Shown here: positions 49,401 to 61,400 of the stretch, piece after piece
How positions within the stretch are numbered: the first letter of the stretch is position 1
How the letters are laid out: each line of letters opens with the position of its first letter
DNA from: a virus
Taxonomy: Duplodnaviria > Caudoviricetes
Length of the DNA: 64,000 bases
Virus record (IMG/VR): IMGVR_UViG_3300041964_000148
Direction: 5' to 3' (one strand)
The notes under the pieces: generated by a model
Database searches by the model: none
What the model saw: the letters and a program-made list of their open reading frames with translations, nothing else
Told to the model about the DNA's origin: nothing
Translations under genes and position numbers: made by a program

Positions 49401-52400
49401 CTGTACAAGGGTTAGCGATCGCAATTGGGAACACAATTTTTGGTGGCATTGTGGAGTCGATGGGTAAGTCACTAGATGAAGTGATCCCCATCTTTATTCG
49501 CCGCTTCTCCCTTGTTGCCGCGTTTGGTGGGTTCCTTGCTCAACGATTGAACTTCCTCCAGCCCCTGCAAGCTCAAATTATTGCCGGACTTGCGATTATT
49601 ACAGGGCTTTCGACGTTTTACCTAAAAACGTTCAGTTTCGACATTGCAAGTATCTGGCATACTACTGTTCAAATTATCCAAGGGGACTTACAGGCATTGG
49701 CTGGGGTCGCTAAAAATGTTGGGCTTCTTTTAATTAGTTTTCTCGCCGAAGCCTCACCGGGACCTACCTATTGGATTCGCCGGAAGTGGGCGATGACGAT
49801 AGAATTCCTCTCAAGCTTGTTTAAAAAAATTCGCTCCGCCGCAGTTCTTGTCAACCAAGCTTTCTTAGGGATTGGCGATGTCTCATCAGATCAAGGAATT
49901 GTTGCCCGCCAACAAATCCTTGAAGGTGTCGTTCTTAGCCTAGTCTCAGGCGTCAAGCTATTAGGCTCAGTTGCCACTGGAGTAGATTGGGCAATTACTC
50001 AGATTAACCAGTCGGTGGCTTCAGCCATTGACAATCTTGATCTCTTGGGATTTACCCTCCTCACCCTTTCTTCCCTGCCAATGACCCTTATTGGGCAACT
50101 AGCTCAAGGATTTGAGGCGGTACTTCCCGAACTTGCCCTTTTTGTAGGAGTCGGACTCCCGCGAGCGATCGCCTACGCATTGCCAGGAGCAGTCGCGATT
50201 GCAATGAGTACAGGACTCATTCAAGGGCTAGAGAAGGGCTTTGCCACTTTTGTTGCTGGGATGACGGAACGCTCCAAAGTTGCGTCACAACAATTGTCTC
50301 AGATGTTCGATGCCAACTTGAAGCAGGCAATCAACCGAGGACTATCAGAAGGCGTGACAACGTTTGTCCGAAATCTTCCTAGTGTCTTTCCCGGCATGGA
50401 AGATTACCAGTTTACGTTTGATTTTGATCAAGCGTATGCCGATTATGAAAGTCAACGAGAAGCGCGAGTTCAGGCAATTACCTCTTATTTACAGGAAGTA
50501 GGAGTTGTAGCCAACCAGGTAGGGCAACAGCTTCAAGCAGCACTAGCTCCCTTGCTCTCATTTCGGATTGGGGACATATTCCCCGCTCTTAGCTTCCTTC
50601 CTCCCTTAATCCCCCTAGTTACCGCCATTGTCCCTGCTTTTCAATCTCTATCGCAGGTTGTCCAGTCCCCGGCTGTACAGGGAATTGTTAATTTCTTAAC
50701 CGGAACTGTCCTCCCAACGGCATTACAAACATTGCGTGCGATCGCTTCGACGGTTGGTTTGGTTTTTAATGCTTTTATTTCACTCCCCCTAACTGCTGCA
50801 CTGATCGTAATTACTCGTCCCATTGTTTCTGCCTACCGAGAACTCCTGGCATTTCTCCCGCAGATTCCTGGGATACTCGGACGAGCGATTGTTCAACTTG
50901 CCCGAACAGCCGCTACAGCCGTGGCTAATTTACTTGCGCGAATTCCCTATATTGGGGAGACCGTCTCTCGTGCATTCTTGGGAACCGTAGAATTCTTGAT
51001 TGCAGTCACTCCGGTATATTTCCGACTACTGAGAGGACTATTTGAACGCTATTTCTTGAAGACAATTCGCCCATTACTTACTAGGTTCCAGCAACTATTT
51101 GGTCAAGTTGCCCAAGGGATTGTTTACGCCTTAGAAAGGGGATTTAAACCATTAGGTACACTGCTATTCCGAGCGCTTAATCCAATGAGCGCTTTCAAGC
51201 TAATTGGGACATACATCCGTACCAAGGGCTTCGCCGGACTGTTTAAACCTGGGTTGTTCATGCTCAACCCATTTGACTTATTCTTTGGGGGAATTCCAGG
51301 GATCTCTTGGGCAGTTAGAACAGCCGCGACAGCGTTCTATCGCATACCCTTCCCCGCCGGAATAATCGATAAGAAATCGCGAGAATTATTTCAAATCTTT
51401 GCAGGCTCAGAAGCCTTCCTGGAAGCAGAGCTTAAATCCCGACGACTAGGGCGAACCATGCTCGTCTCGATAGAAGATATCTTGAAAACTCAGCCAGCGA
51501 TTGGTCGCTTCCTAATACAAATCCTCCGAGGGGTGTTAATGATCAACCCTCTCGTCCAAATCATTGGTCGTATTGCCCTAACTACAATGTTTTGGTACTC
51601 GGCATTGAAGCCGATTACACCGGAGATGTTTGAGGCGATCGCTGCGACAAAGATGCTGGGGCTTTCCCTTTCTCCAGTCGCAAGTATCCTCAAGGGAATG
51701 CGCTTCGTGTTTGTTGACATGAACGAAGCCTTTATGAGGTTTGCTCGTGGCATTATCCCTTTCATGCGCGGAGTACAGAACTTCTTTAATGTCTTAGGAA
51801 CAATTACAGGCGTAGTTGTCCACGAGACTGCCGGAATTACAAGTATCCTCTTAAACTTATTTAAAGCCACATTCGGAAACCTAGGCTTACTTGTCGCTAT
51901 TGGTTTTGCTGGCGCGATTGATGCAACGTTAATTGGATTCCGAGCGATCGCCCAACTAGCACGTCTTAAAACTGAGCAGTATGGGGATGCTTTAGTTGCC
52001 CTATTTCAGGGAAATATTGGTCCACTACTTGGACAGATTGCTAGCGACGTAATGGGTGTCGTTGGGTTTATATTCGAGCAAACTATTGTGCGGGTTACGA
52101 AGGTAGCACTTAGCCTTGCCTCTACTGTGGGCGGTGCGATTCGAGCGACATTCCAAGAAATTGTCCGATTTATCCGTGACCCGTGGAATGAAAGTATCCG
52201 CCTCCTTAACTTGCTTGATGCTGCGGTAGATCGCGTACTAGGGAATATTGCAAGGACGATTAACGTCTACATCCAGCAACTTCAGCTCGACAGGCTTGCC
52301 CGTTTCCTCTCTCATTACTGGGTACAGATTGCGGCGATCGCAGACGTTCTCCTCGCCGTATATGGGGTGCTTAATCCCATGCAGGCGGCAATCTCTGGAC

Positions 52401-55400
52401 TGATTGGGTTAGGGTTATTTCTAATTCAGGAGTACCGGACAGGCTTCCAAAACCTAGATGCGTTGATTCAAGGATTGGCGCATCCCATTGAGCTTATTAC
52501 CAATGCCATTAAAGCAATGGTGGCGGCGCTGGGCATCTATATCCCACCGGATCTAACCAACATCATTGCTAATGTTACAGAGCAATTTATTAAATCCCTT
52601 CCGATTATTACAGGGGGAGTATTCCTGATTGCCCTGCTCATCAAACGCAACATCGGCGAGGCATTTAGCACTGTGACAGGTGGGGTAATGAAGATCGTCG
52701 GGGGACTGATGCAGGCGGTAGATGCGACACGAGTTTTTGGGGGTGCAATTTCCGACGTAGCACAAAGTCCTAAGGTACAAGCAAAGGTTGGCTCTCAAGT
52801 CCACAAAGTCCGTCGGCAAGAATCTGTGTTGGGCGTCCGCAATCCATTCGCCTATTCCCAAAATGAAGATCAACAGAGAAGAGCCGTTGCGCTTGGGGAT
52901 GAGCGGGTGGCAAAGAGTCGGGCAGCCCTACGGTATCAGGATGAGATCAACAAGAGCCTACAGAAGATTGTTAAGGAGGAAGAGGAAGAAATTAAGCGGT
53001 TGGCGCGATCGCGCAATGCTCGTGACCAAATCATGGCATTTGGAGGAAAGCTCCAGCGCCCCGATGGCTTCTCTTATGAAGTAGCGCCCTTACTAGAGAA
53101 GAAGAAGGGGCTGCTTGGATTAAATCGGCTGGAGTTGAGCGAGACAGGCAAAGCTGCGGTTGCAGATCAAGCAAGGAGAAGAATTACGTCTCCAGACTCC
53201 GAGTCTGCTATGGGGACTCGAATGCAGGCAGCAAGAAGATCTGGATTAAGAGCCGCATTTGAAAGACACAGTGGAGAGCCTATTCCAGATGACGTTCTCA
53301 GGAAACTAGCGCAGCAGGGAGATTACGGCATCACCAATCTCATGGGAGCCTTCCAGAAGGCGATGGAAAATCTTCATGTTAAAGATTTCCAAGTTAACAA
53401 GTTGTACGTTGCCGAATTTAATCGACCCCAAAATTTCCCAACCCAAACACCTATCGACTCAAACGCTTTTGATATCCAACTCAATAGGTTTCGATCGAAT
53501 CCTATTCATGCCAACAAAGAAATTATCAAAAAAGCTAAAACTGCTTCAGAAATTCAAATTGAGATTGACCAAGCTACTACCACTGGGGATACAAGCTATG
53601 CAAATTTGATTGGCAAGTTTAAACAAAGACTTGAAAAGATGTTTGAGGTTCCTGCTGGGAATTCGGCTATTGTAAGCTCTAATGTTATTGAGGAACACGC
53701 AAAGACGCTATCCGCTAAATTCAATTTAAGTGAAGAGGAATACCAAAAAGCAAGAAAAGCTGTTATCACTGACTTGCTTCAGAGACAGGCAAAATCTATT
53801 GGCAAGACTGTAACTGACTTCAATGATTTTGAAGAGGCGAATATTGAAGCCCTGAAGCAAGCTAACCGAAGAGTTGAAGGTTTTCATCCCATCGCGACAA
53901 ATACTGATGTCTTAGCTCAAGCGGTTCGCAATATAGCAGGGCAAACGCAAGCAGAAGTAGATCAACTTAATCAAACTAGGCGCTCCTTTTTTAGTAGCCT
54001 ATTTGGCTTCACTGGAGTTCCTCAACTCATTGAAAATTTCCAGTACAATCGTCGCCTCTTCCGTCGTAGTCAACAAATTTCGCGACGGGTTGAGGAAATG
54101 GCGAGGCAAGAGTCAAAAGACAAAGCATCAGCACAGGCAGCGCGGCAAAGGGGACTAGAGGCGCTGATGTCTAGATCTGGTTCTGGCTATGACTTCCACA
54201 CTCAATCCGCACAATTTTATGCCTCCAAACAAATCAACGCCCAAGAACAGGCATTCATTGAATCTTGGGTAAAAAATCGTAGCTTCAAAGTTGACATTAC
54301 TCAACACCAAGCTTTCCGCCCAGAAGTTGACAAGATAATTGATAGATTTAAGCAACTTTCAACCAATTTAACTTTAAATACTGTTGATGACGTTAAAAAG
54401 TTCCGACAGACACTTAATGATGTATCTACACAGATACAAACACAACTATCAAAAGACGAACAAACTGCTCTTAAAAAGCTAGAGCAATACCTCCTACACG
54501 GAGCATCTGAAGCTCCGAAAGGAGGTCAACTATCTTTTGGTGAGCGAGATTCTATCCTCGCGGCAATTAACAAAAGTATTGCCAATAATAAAGGAGCCTT
54601 CGGCATAACAGGAGATCACAAGGATATCTCCAAGGCAAGTTTCAAGAAGTTATATGACCAAAATGAGGTCGCCATAAACCGCATCATTTCACAGTTCGCA
54701 GCAACGGGTGAATTCGTTGCCAAAATTGGGGGCAAAAATGAGTATATCGAAGGGGCGTATAAAGAGATAGAGAGAAAGCTTGGACTAGGAGGAGGTGGAA
54801 AGGGAAGTTCACTACGACGGATTCAAGACATTAAGTTCAGTAATACGATTCGTCAACTAGGCATTAATTTTGGACTCTTTGTTCAAAGCATCGAAGAGAA
54901 TGTTGCAGAGTTTCGGGAGCGGATTTATAGAGGACTGGATAGCTTTGAAGGTTGGCTTGAATCCCATCTCCGTTTCCCCAGCCTAGCTACTGGAATTGTT
55001 GATCTCATTCGTCGTCCATTTGAGTTCCTCTCAAACAATATAGAAGCTATCTATACAGCACAGAAGATAAATATCCAAAATATGGCAAATCAGATTAGGG
55101 CTGATTTTGTCGGGTCTAATGTTGTCAGCCGAATTAATAACCTTAATCAGAAATATAAAGAAGCAAGAGAAGCCTCACTTCAGACTATCCTGCAATCCTC
55201 CAGGGATGAACGAATAGCTAAACTGGGTCGAAAGAATGCTTTCCAAGGGGCACAGCTAGGTCCTGTGTGGGAAGAGTTAAAGAAACGGCAACTTAGTCAA
55301 GCTCAGTCCGGTCAAACTGTAAGCGCATTGATGCGTGGGGGAATGAGCGAACAAGCTGTTCGTTCCATGTTAGACAGGGAACTGCGACGACAGGGACTTT

Positions 55401-58400
55401 CTAGGGATCAGGTTACAACCGAGATAGATAAGGTTCTTGCTAGCCTTGGGAATCAAGCTCGCTATTCAGTGGGCGACATCTTGAAGATGCGAGGCATTGA
55501 TGCAACTAAGGTCTCCAAGGCGCTTGAGTCTGCTCTTTCACTAGAAGCTAAGGCAGTAGAGCAAATCCTCAAGAACCCAAACTATACGGCGCGAGCTGTG
55601 GGTCCATTCCAGCTCTTTATGGTTCGTGACATAGTTGGCATTCTAGGCGACACCTTCCGAGGAATTGGAGGTACGATGGTGCGTCTTGTTCGCCCTGTTG
55701 CAAAAGATGTAACAGCGGCATTTGGTAGTAATGTGTTGACTCGTATCGCTAATGTGACCCGTGAAATTAATAAATTCTTAGAGATTGGAGCATCTCGATT
55801 AGAAGTAGGAATTATTAAAGTTGTTGGGCGAAACCCGTTAAGTCGGGCAATTAATCGCTTTGCGAGTAGCCTTGGTGGACAGACAGATCTACTAGCTCGG
55901 TTTTTTGACAAACAAGCTGGTATTGTTGCCGATCAAGCTCCTAAAACCTTTACGGTTCGGATTGTTAATGCCGTTCAGTCCATCTACAAAGCTGTTTCAG
56001 ATAATCTTACAAAAGCTTATAACTACGTTCAAGCTCAAAAAGGCATCCTTCCTGCGATCGCACGGCTTATGGGAGGCGTTCGAGATTTCTTCAAGGGATT
56101 GTTCCGTAACAAAGAACTTGAAAAAGTTCAACAACAGATTAGTCAACAACGAAGGGCGTTTGAATCTAACGATCCAAGAAAGTTCAAGGGTGAAGAGCAG
56201 CAAGCAAGAGCAGCTTCCCGTCGTCGAAGGATAGCCGAACAACTTCCGGCATTAGAAGAGAAACGCAGGCTCTTAGCACGTAATCCAGTCCAGAAAATGG
56301 CTGATTATGTAAGCTCTAAAAAGCTTCCAGAGAGAGGATTTAATCGGATAGGACAAACCTTTGAAGGGATGAGTAGTCGCCTCTCTGAGTTCGCCACGGT
56401 TCTCCGTGATAAGCGAGTAAAAGCAGAGGAAAAGCGCCGAGGCGGGGTTTACGATCCAGACTTATATGATCGCGTTTCGCCAAGAGGTCAAAGACGCGGG
56501 GCAAGTGGGCTGGGACAAACGATGTCGCCCCAAAACAACGACCAAATGGGAGGCGTCCGACCAAGAGAAGGGATGCGATACATAGGGCGAGGGATTGTAG
56601 GTGCAACACAAGACATCCTGCCCTTGACCACCAAGATATTTTCCGACTTGCTCTCGGCTGGAGCTAAAACAAGCGATCGCCTGGGACAATTCTTCCGAGG
56701 AGCGGCGCTAAAAGTTCAAGGGGCATGGTGGCAATCGGCGACCGACATCATGGGACGTAGTTGGCGAGCAATGGTTACAGCAGCAAAAGGAGTCGGAAGC
56801 TTCATTATTGCCCGATTAAATCATGGAAGTGCCGACGTAACGGCAGCAGCCTGGGATCGCACTCAGCATTCAGTTTCCCAGGATATGCAACAGATGGCTG
56901 AAACTGCTCAAGCCACTGGACAACATATTAGCGGAAGCATGGAGCAATCGGCAACCCGCTCCGTTGGGTTCTTTTCTCAACTAGGAAACAGCATTGGCAG
57001 AGTCGGCAAAGCCGGGATGGCGATTGGAGGAGCAGTTACAGGCATAGGTTTCGGAGCGCAGACAGCCGTATACTCCCTCTCTACAATGGGATTTGTTAGC
57101 GAGGATACATCCGAGAAACTTCGCAAATTCTTTGAAATCTTCACTCTTTTTGGTGCCGTAGGCGGAATAGTTACTCCGCTCTTTGCCGCAGTAGCATCTT
57201 CTTTGGGAGCCATTGGCGCGATCGCCGGAACAGTCGGCACAGCAATTGTCGGGGTTGGCGGTGCGATCGCTTCTGTTGTTGGACTAGGAAGTGTCGCCTT
57301 CGCCCCAATTATTTTAGGTATTGCAGCCGTTGGGCTTGCATTTGCTGGATTGTACTTAGCGATTAAATCCAACTTCCTCGGAATTGGCAATATACTTACT
57401 ACCCCTATCCATTGGATCGAGGCAGCATGGCAGGGATTCGTAGATCGATTTGGGGCAAGGTTGATGCCAATCATTCAACCTGCATTGAATGTCGCACAGG
57501 GTTTAATCAACGCATTGAACCATAACCCCACCCTCCGCATTCCAGAAGCTTGGGAGGCTATGAAGGAAAGAATCGGGGCTGTATTTAACTGGATGTCTTC
57601 AACAGCCGGGGCAATTGGCAATGCGATCGTTGGATTCTTTAGCCCTATCGGTAAATTATTCTCACACGGCGGAGTACGCGAACAGCCAGTAATTCAACCC
57701 CGCGAAAATAGCATTCAACAACTTGGACATAAAGTTCAAGAATCAACCTCAGTAGTCACTGAAAGAGCAAGTGGCTTAGGTCGTGCGGTTAATGATCTAG
57801 CTGCCAAAACCCTTGTTGATATCCTGGCAAAAATAACATTACTTGTCGGAGGAATAGTTCTATTTCGCCAACAAGTTGGGAAAGATATTGCCAATCTGGG
57901 CGCTCAGGTCGTATCGAGCCGCAGTATGCCTTCTTCTTTGATTAATGCGATTGGCGTAAGTGTTTTGGCTAAAACTTTTGCTACCTCACTTGGTATAGCC
58001 AAGATCGTTAGGGGCGTCACATCTCTAGGTAAAATATCCGAAGATCTGCTTAAGCCAATCCAGAAGTTAGCTTCAAACATAGGACTGAAAGCTAATACGA
58101 CAGGAAGACGACCCCAAACCGCACTAGAGTTAACATCCGGAACACTCAAGGGACTAGGAAAACTAGGGGACAAACTTCGACCTATTGCTGGATACATACC
58201 AGCGATTGCACTCGCTGCACCTGATGTAGCAATGTTAGGAAGCGGACTTATTGGATTAAGCTATGCCTTTAGCGAATTTCCTGTCTTCCTGTTAAAGTTC
58301 AAGTCACTTCTTATGTTGGCTGGTGGCTTTGCCTCTGCGATCTCTGGGGTTGTGCTCTTACTGGAATTGGCAACCAAACAGACAAATGTACTAGGAGTGC

Positions 58401-61400
58401 TTGTTGGTAGTCTAGTATTCGTTGTTAAAGCTTTTGCCGGAGTATTCAAGGGCTTTCAGAAAGCTTTTGCTGAAATTTCAAACCCCCTGAAAGCCTACTA
58501 CGATGACTTTATCGCCACAGTCCAAAGGATGGGTAAAGCGGGCGATGATTTTGGACAAAAACTTGGATACGGGCTAGCTCAAGCTCTAATTTATCCTTTA
58601 AACTTTATTTACCAAGCTTGGCAGGGTTTAGTAGACTGGTTCGCACGACTCCCTTTGGTATCACACGCACTAAATATAGGGCAAGGGTTGGTAAATGCTC
58701 TGAACCACGGCGCGGCGGACGTTACAGCCGATGCTTGGGAGTCTACTGAGCAGCGAGTAGGAGGAGTTTTTGGTTCCTTGGCGTCAGCCGCAAGTGGTAT
58801 CGGCAATACAATCGCTGGGGCTTTCAAGCCAAGACCTCAAAAGAATAAAGTATTGCAACCCCAAAGTCAAGTAGAAGAGAACCCGGAGTCTCTTGGCTCT
58901 GGAATCATTAAGAATGCAACAGTAGCCATAGCATTTCTGCGCGACAAAATTACAGCTCTTATTAAGTCAATCGGGCTATTAAATACAAAGGTTGACTATC
59001 AGTCTCAATTGCTAAAACATCAGCTTCGACTACAACAAGTCAATTTAGTTCGTTCTAGTTGGGGTATTTTAACGAATCGAGAGAGGAATAGTAACTTATC
59101 TGGACGCGCCTCCAATTTGCCGTGGGTGCAAAGGCGTCAAGCTCAAGTGCGAGGAATTGGTGGGCTTAAAGAGGCGGCAGAAAACCCGCGTCTGCGGCGA
59201 CTTAAGCAGTTAGGAGGACTGGTTGGGGAGTTAACTGGACTAAAAGGGGGAGCGATCGCTTCCTTGCTAACAGGTATTACCTCGATCAGTGGGGCGTTAG
59301 GTTTACTTGTCCTAGCATTCTCTACTGACTTTTTAGAAATCCGAACTAAGACCGTTAAGCTTGCCCAATCTATGCAGGGTGCATTCAAGGGGGCAATTGA
59401 CTGGATTACAGGAGCTTGGACTGGCTTTAGCAATTGGTTTGGAAAGATGCCTTTAGTTCGCCAAGCCCTTGCAATTGCTCAAGGTTTAATCAACTCATTG
59501 AACCATTTCCCAACGGTCAAGATTCCAGAAGCGTGGGAAGAAGCAGGCAGGCGGATTGTCGGACAATTCCATTATTGGCTAAATGTTGCTAAATGGGTAG
59601 GGGTTGCCATTGCGGGCACCCTGATTACGGCATTAACTGCAATTGCTGCGGCGACAAATCCGGTAATGGCTGCAATCACGGGATTTACTTTAGGAATAAG
59701 CGCACTAGCTTTCTTTTCCTCAAAGATACTAGCAGGATTTGGTGCTGTTCTTGACTGGTTTGGGAATCGCATTCTTGCCTTAGATGTCAAGTTTGCTTCG
59801 GTAAACATAGGTGCTATAGCAGGACCATTGTTTGGCTTAAGCACCATATTCGCCACCGTAACTACCGCAGGAACCCTACTGGCAGCGGTTCTAACAGCAC
59901 CTGTATTTGCCCCTTGGATTGCTGGAGCTACAGCACTAGGAGGAGCGATCGCCGGAGCCTTGTTCTTGTGGCAGCGTTTCAGAAAGCAATCTGAGATACC
60001 TCCGTCCGTAGAACAACCGACTCCCACCCCAGGATTTAGAGAACGAGTGGGGCAGAAGGCTCAGGGAGTCCGAGATGCGATTGTTGAGCAAGGTGTAAGG
60101 GCTAAAAATGCTGGAATAGGTGCGGCTAATGCAGTTGTGGAGCAAGCTACGAAGGTTAAAGATGCTGGAGTAGGTGCGGCTAATACAGTGGCTCAACAAT
60201 ACCAGTTGTTCGCTTCGGCTGCGGCTGACGTAAGCTCTATTCGTCAAAGCTTACAGGCGAGTTCTTCTCTAGGAGATCTAAACAGCAGCTATCTGTCTAA
60301 AATTGTTGATTTAATTCAAAATCTTGTTGATTTTAACAAGCCGAAACCTAGTCCGGAGCCACCTCCAATGGTTACAGGACAGTCGCTTATCGTTGGCTCC
60401 GGAGAAGTTAATAACCCGAATGCTATCCAGAACAAAGTAGGGGGGATCGGTGCGGCTATTCAAGATACTGTTTTGGGTCAAAACGCTTTTGGAAAACTTC
60501 TTTTAAGTCCTATTGCCAGAGCGCCGTTAGATGCAATGGGATTAAAAGATACCCAGAAACGGATCACAAAGGAAAGAGAGCGTGAGCGAATCAGGCAATC
60601 ATTAGGACAACAGAAAACTGGTGTCCAATCCTCACTACCTGGTCCCCTGGGATTATTTAGCAAAAAGGATGAGTTTCAAGAAGCAATTCAATCCCAACTT
60701 CAGGGGCAAGAACTGAAATTAGCCGAAAAAGTAATTAGTGGAGCGCAAAGCTCTAGCGCCCTTGTCCGAGATCAATACAAGGGTTTGGTCACGACGATCA
60801 CTCAAAACGGACAAGAGCAAGTTGTCCTAAATGAAAAAGGGCAAAATTACTTAGAAGGACAACTTGCAGGACTCATTAAGCAGCAAACAGGATCGTTCTC
60901 TGAAAAAGAATTGGCAGTTACGGCTCAGAAAGCGGGATTCAAAGGAACTCCCGAACAATTAAGGCAAGCTGCCTTGGAGGGACTAAGAGGGAAAGATAAG
61001 GATCAGTTGTCCGCTCTAGAGCAAGCCGCAGGCACACTTCCTGGGACGAAGGTTGATTACCAGGAACTTGCTAGCGACAGTTTGTCACGGTTAGTTGAAA
61101 TCGCCCAGAACATCTTCACTTGTGTTGACTACATCGCTGCCCTTCTACAACCAAAATCCAAGGTTCCTAAGTCTCTAGCTTCAGGGGCATCAATTCCCGT
61201 TGATTTCCAACCTACTCCACCTTCTCCTCCAGCAGAGCCAAGTCTTGTATCTAAGGCGGGAGATGCAATCAATAACACGTTATCCTCTCTCGGTGTCCAC
61301 GCCAAGACGCCACTCAGTACCGGGGCAGCAGGAGCTGAATCAATAACAGAGGTTCTAACTCGACTTCGTAATTCTCTGTCAACGACCAAAGAGCCAGTAG

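Noticed and set aside
60075-60190. 54-bp tandem repeat in the TMP gene
   Set aside because: An ordinary in-frame 18-aa duplication with no sign of separate function.
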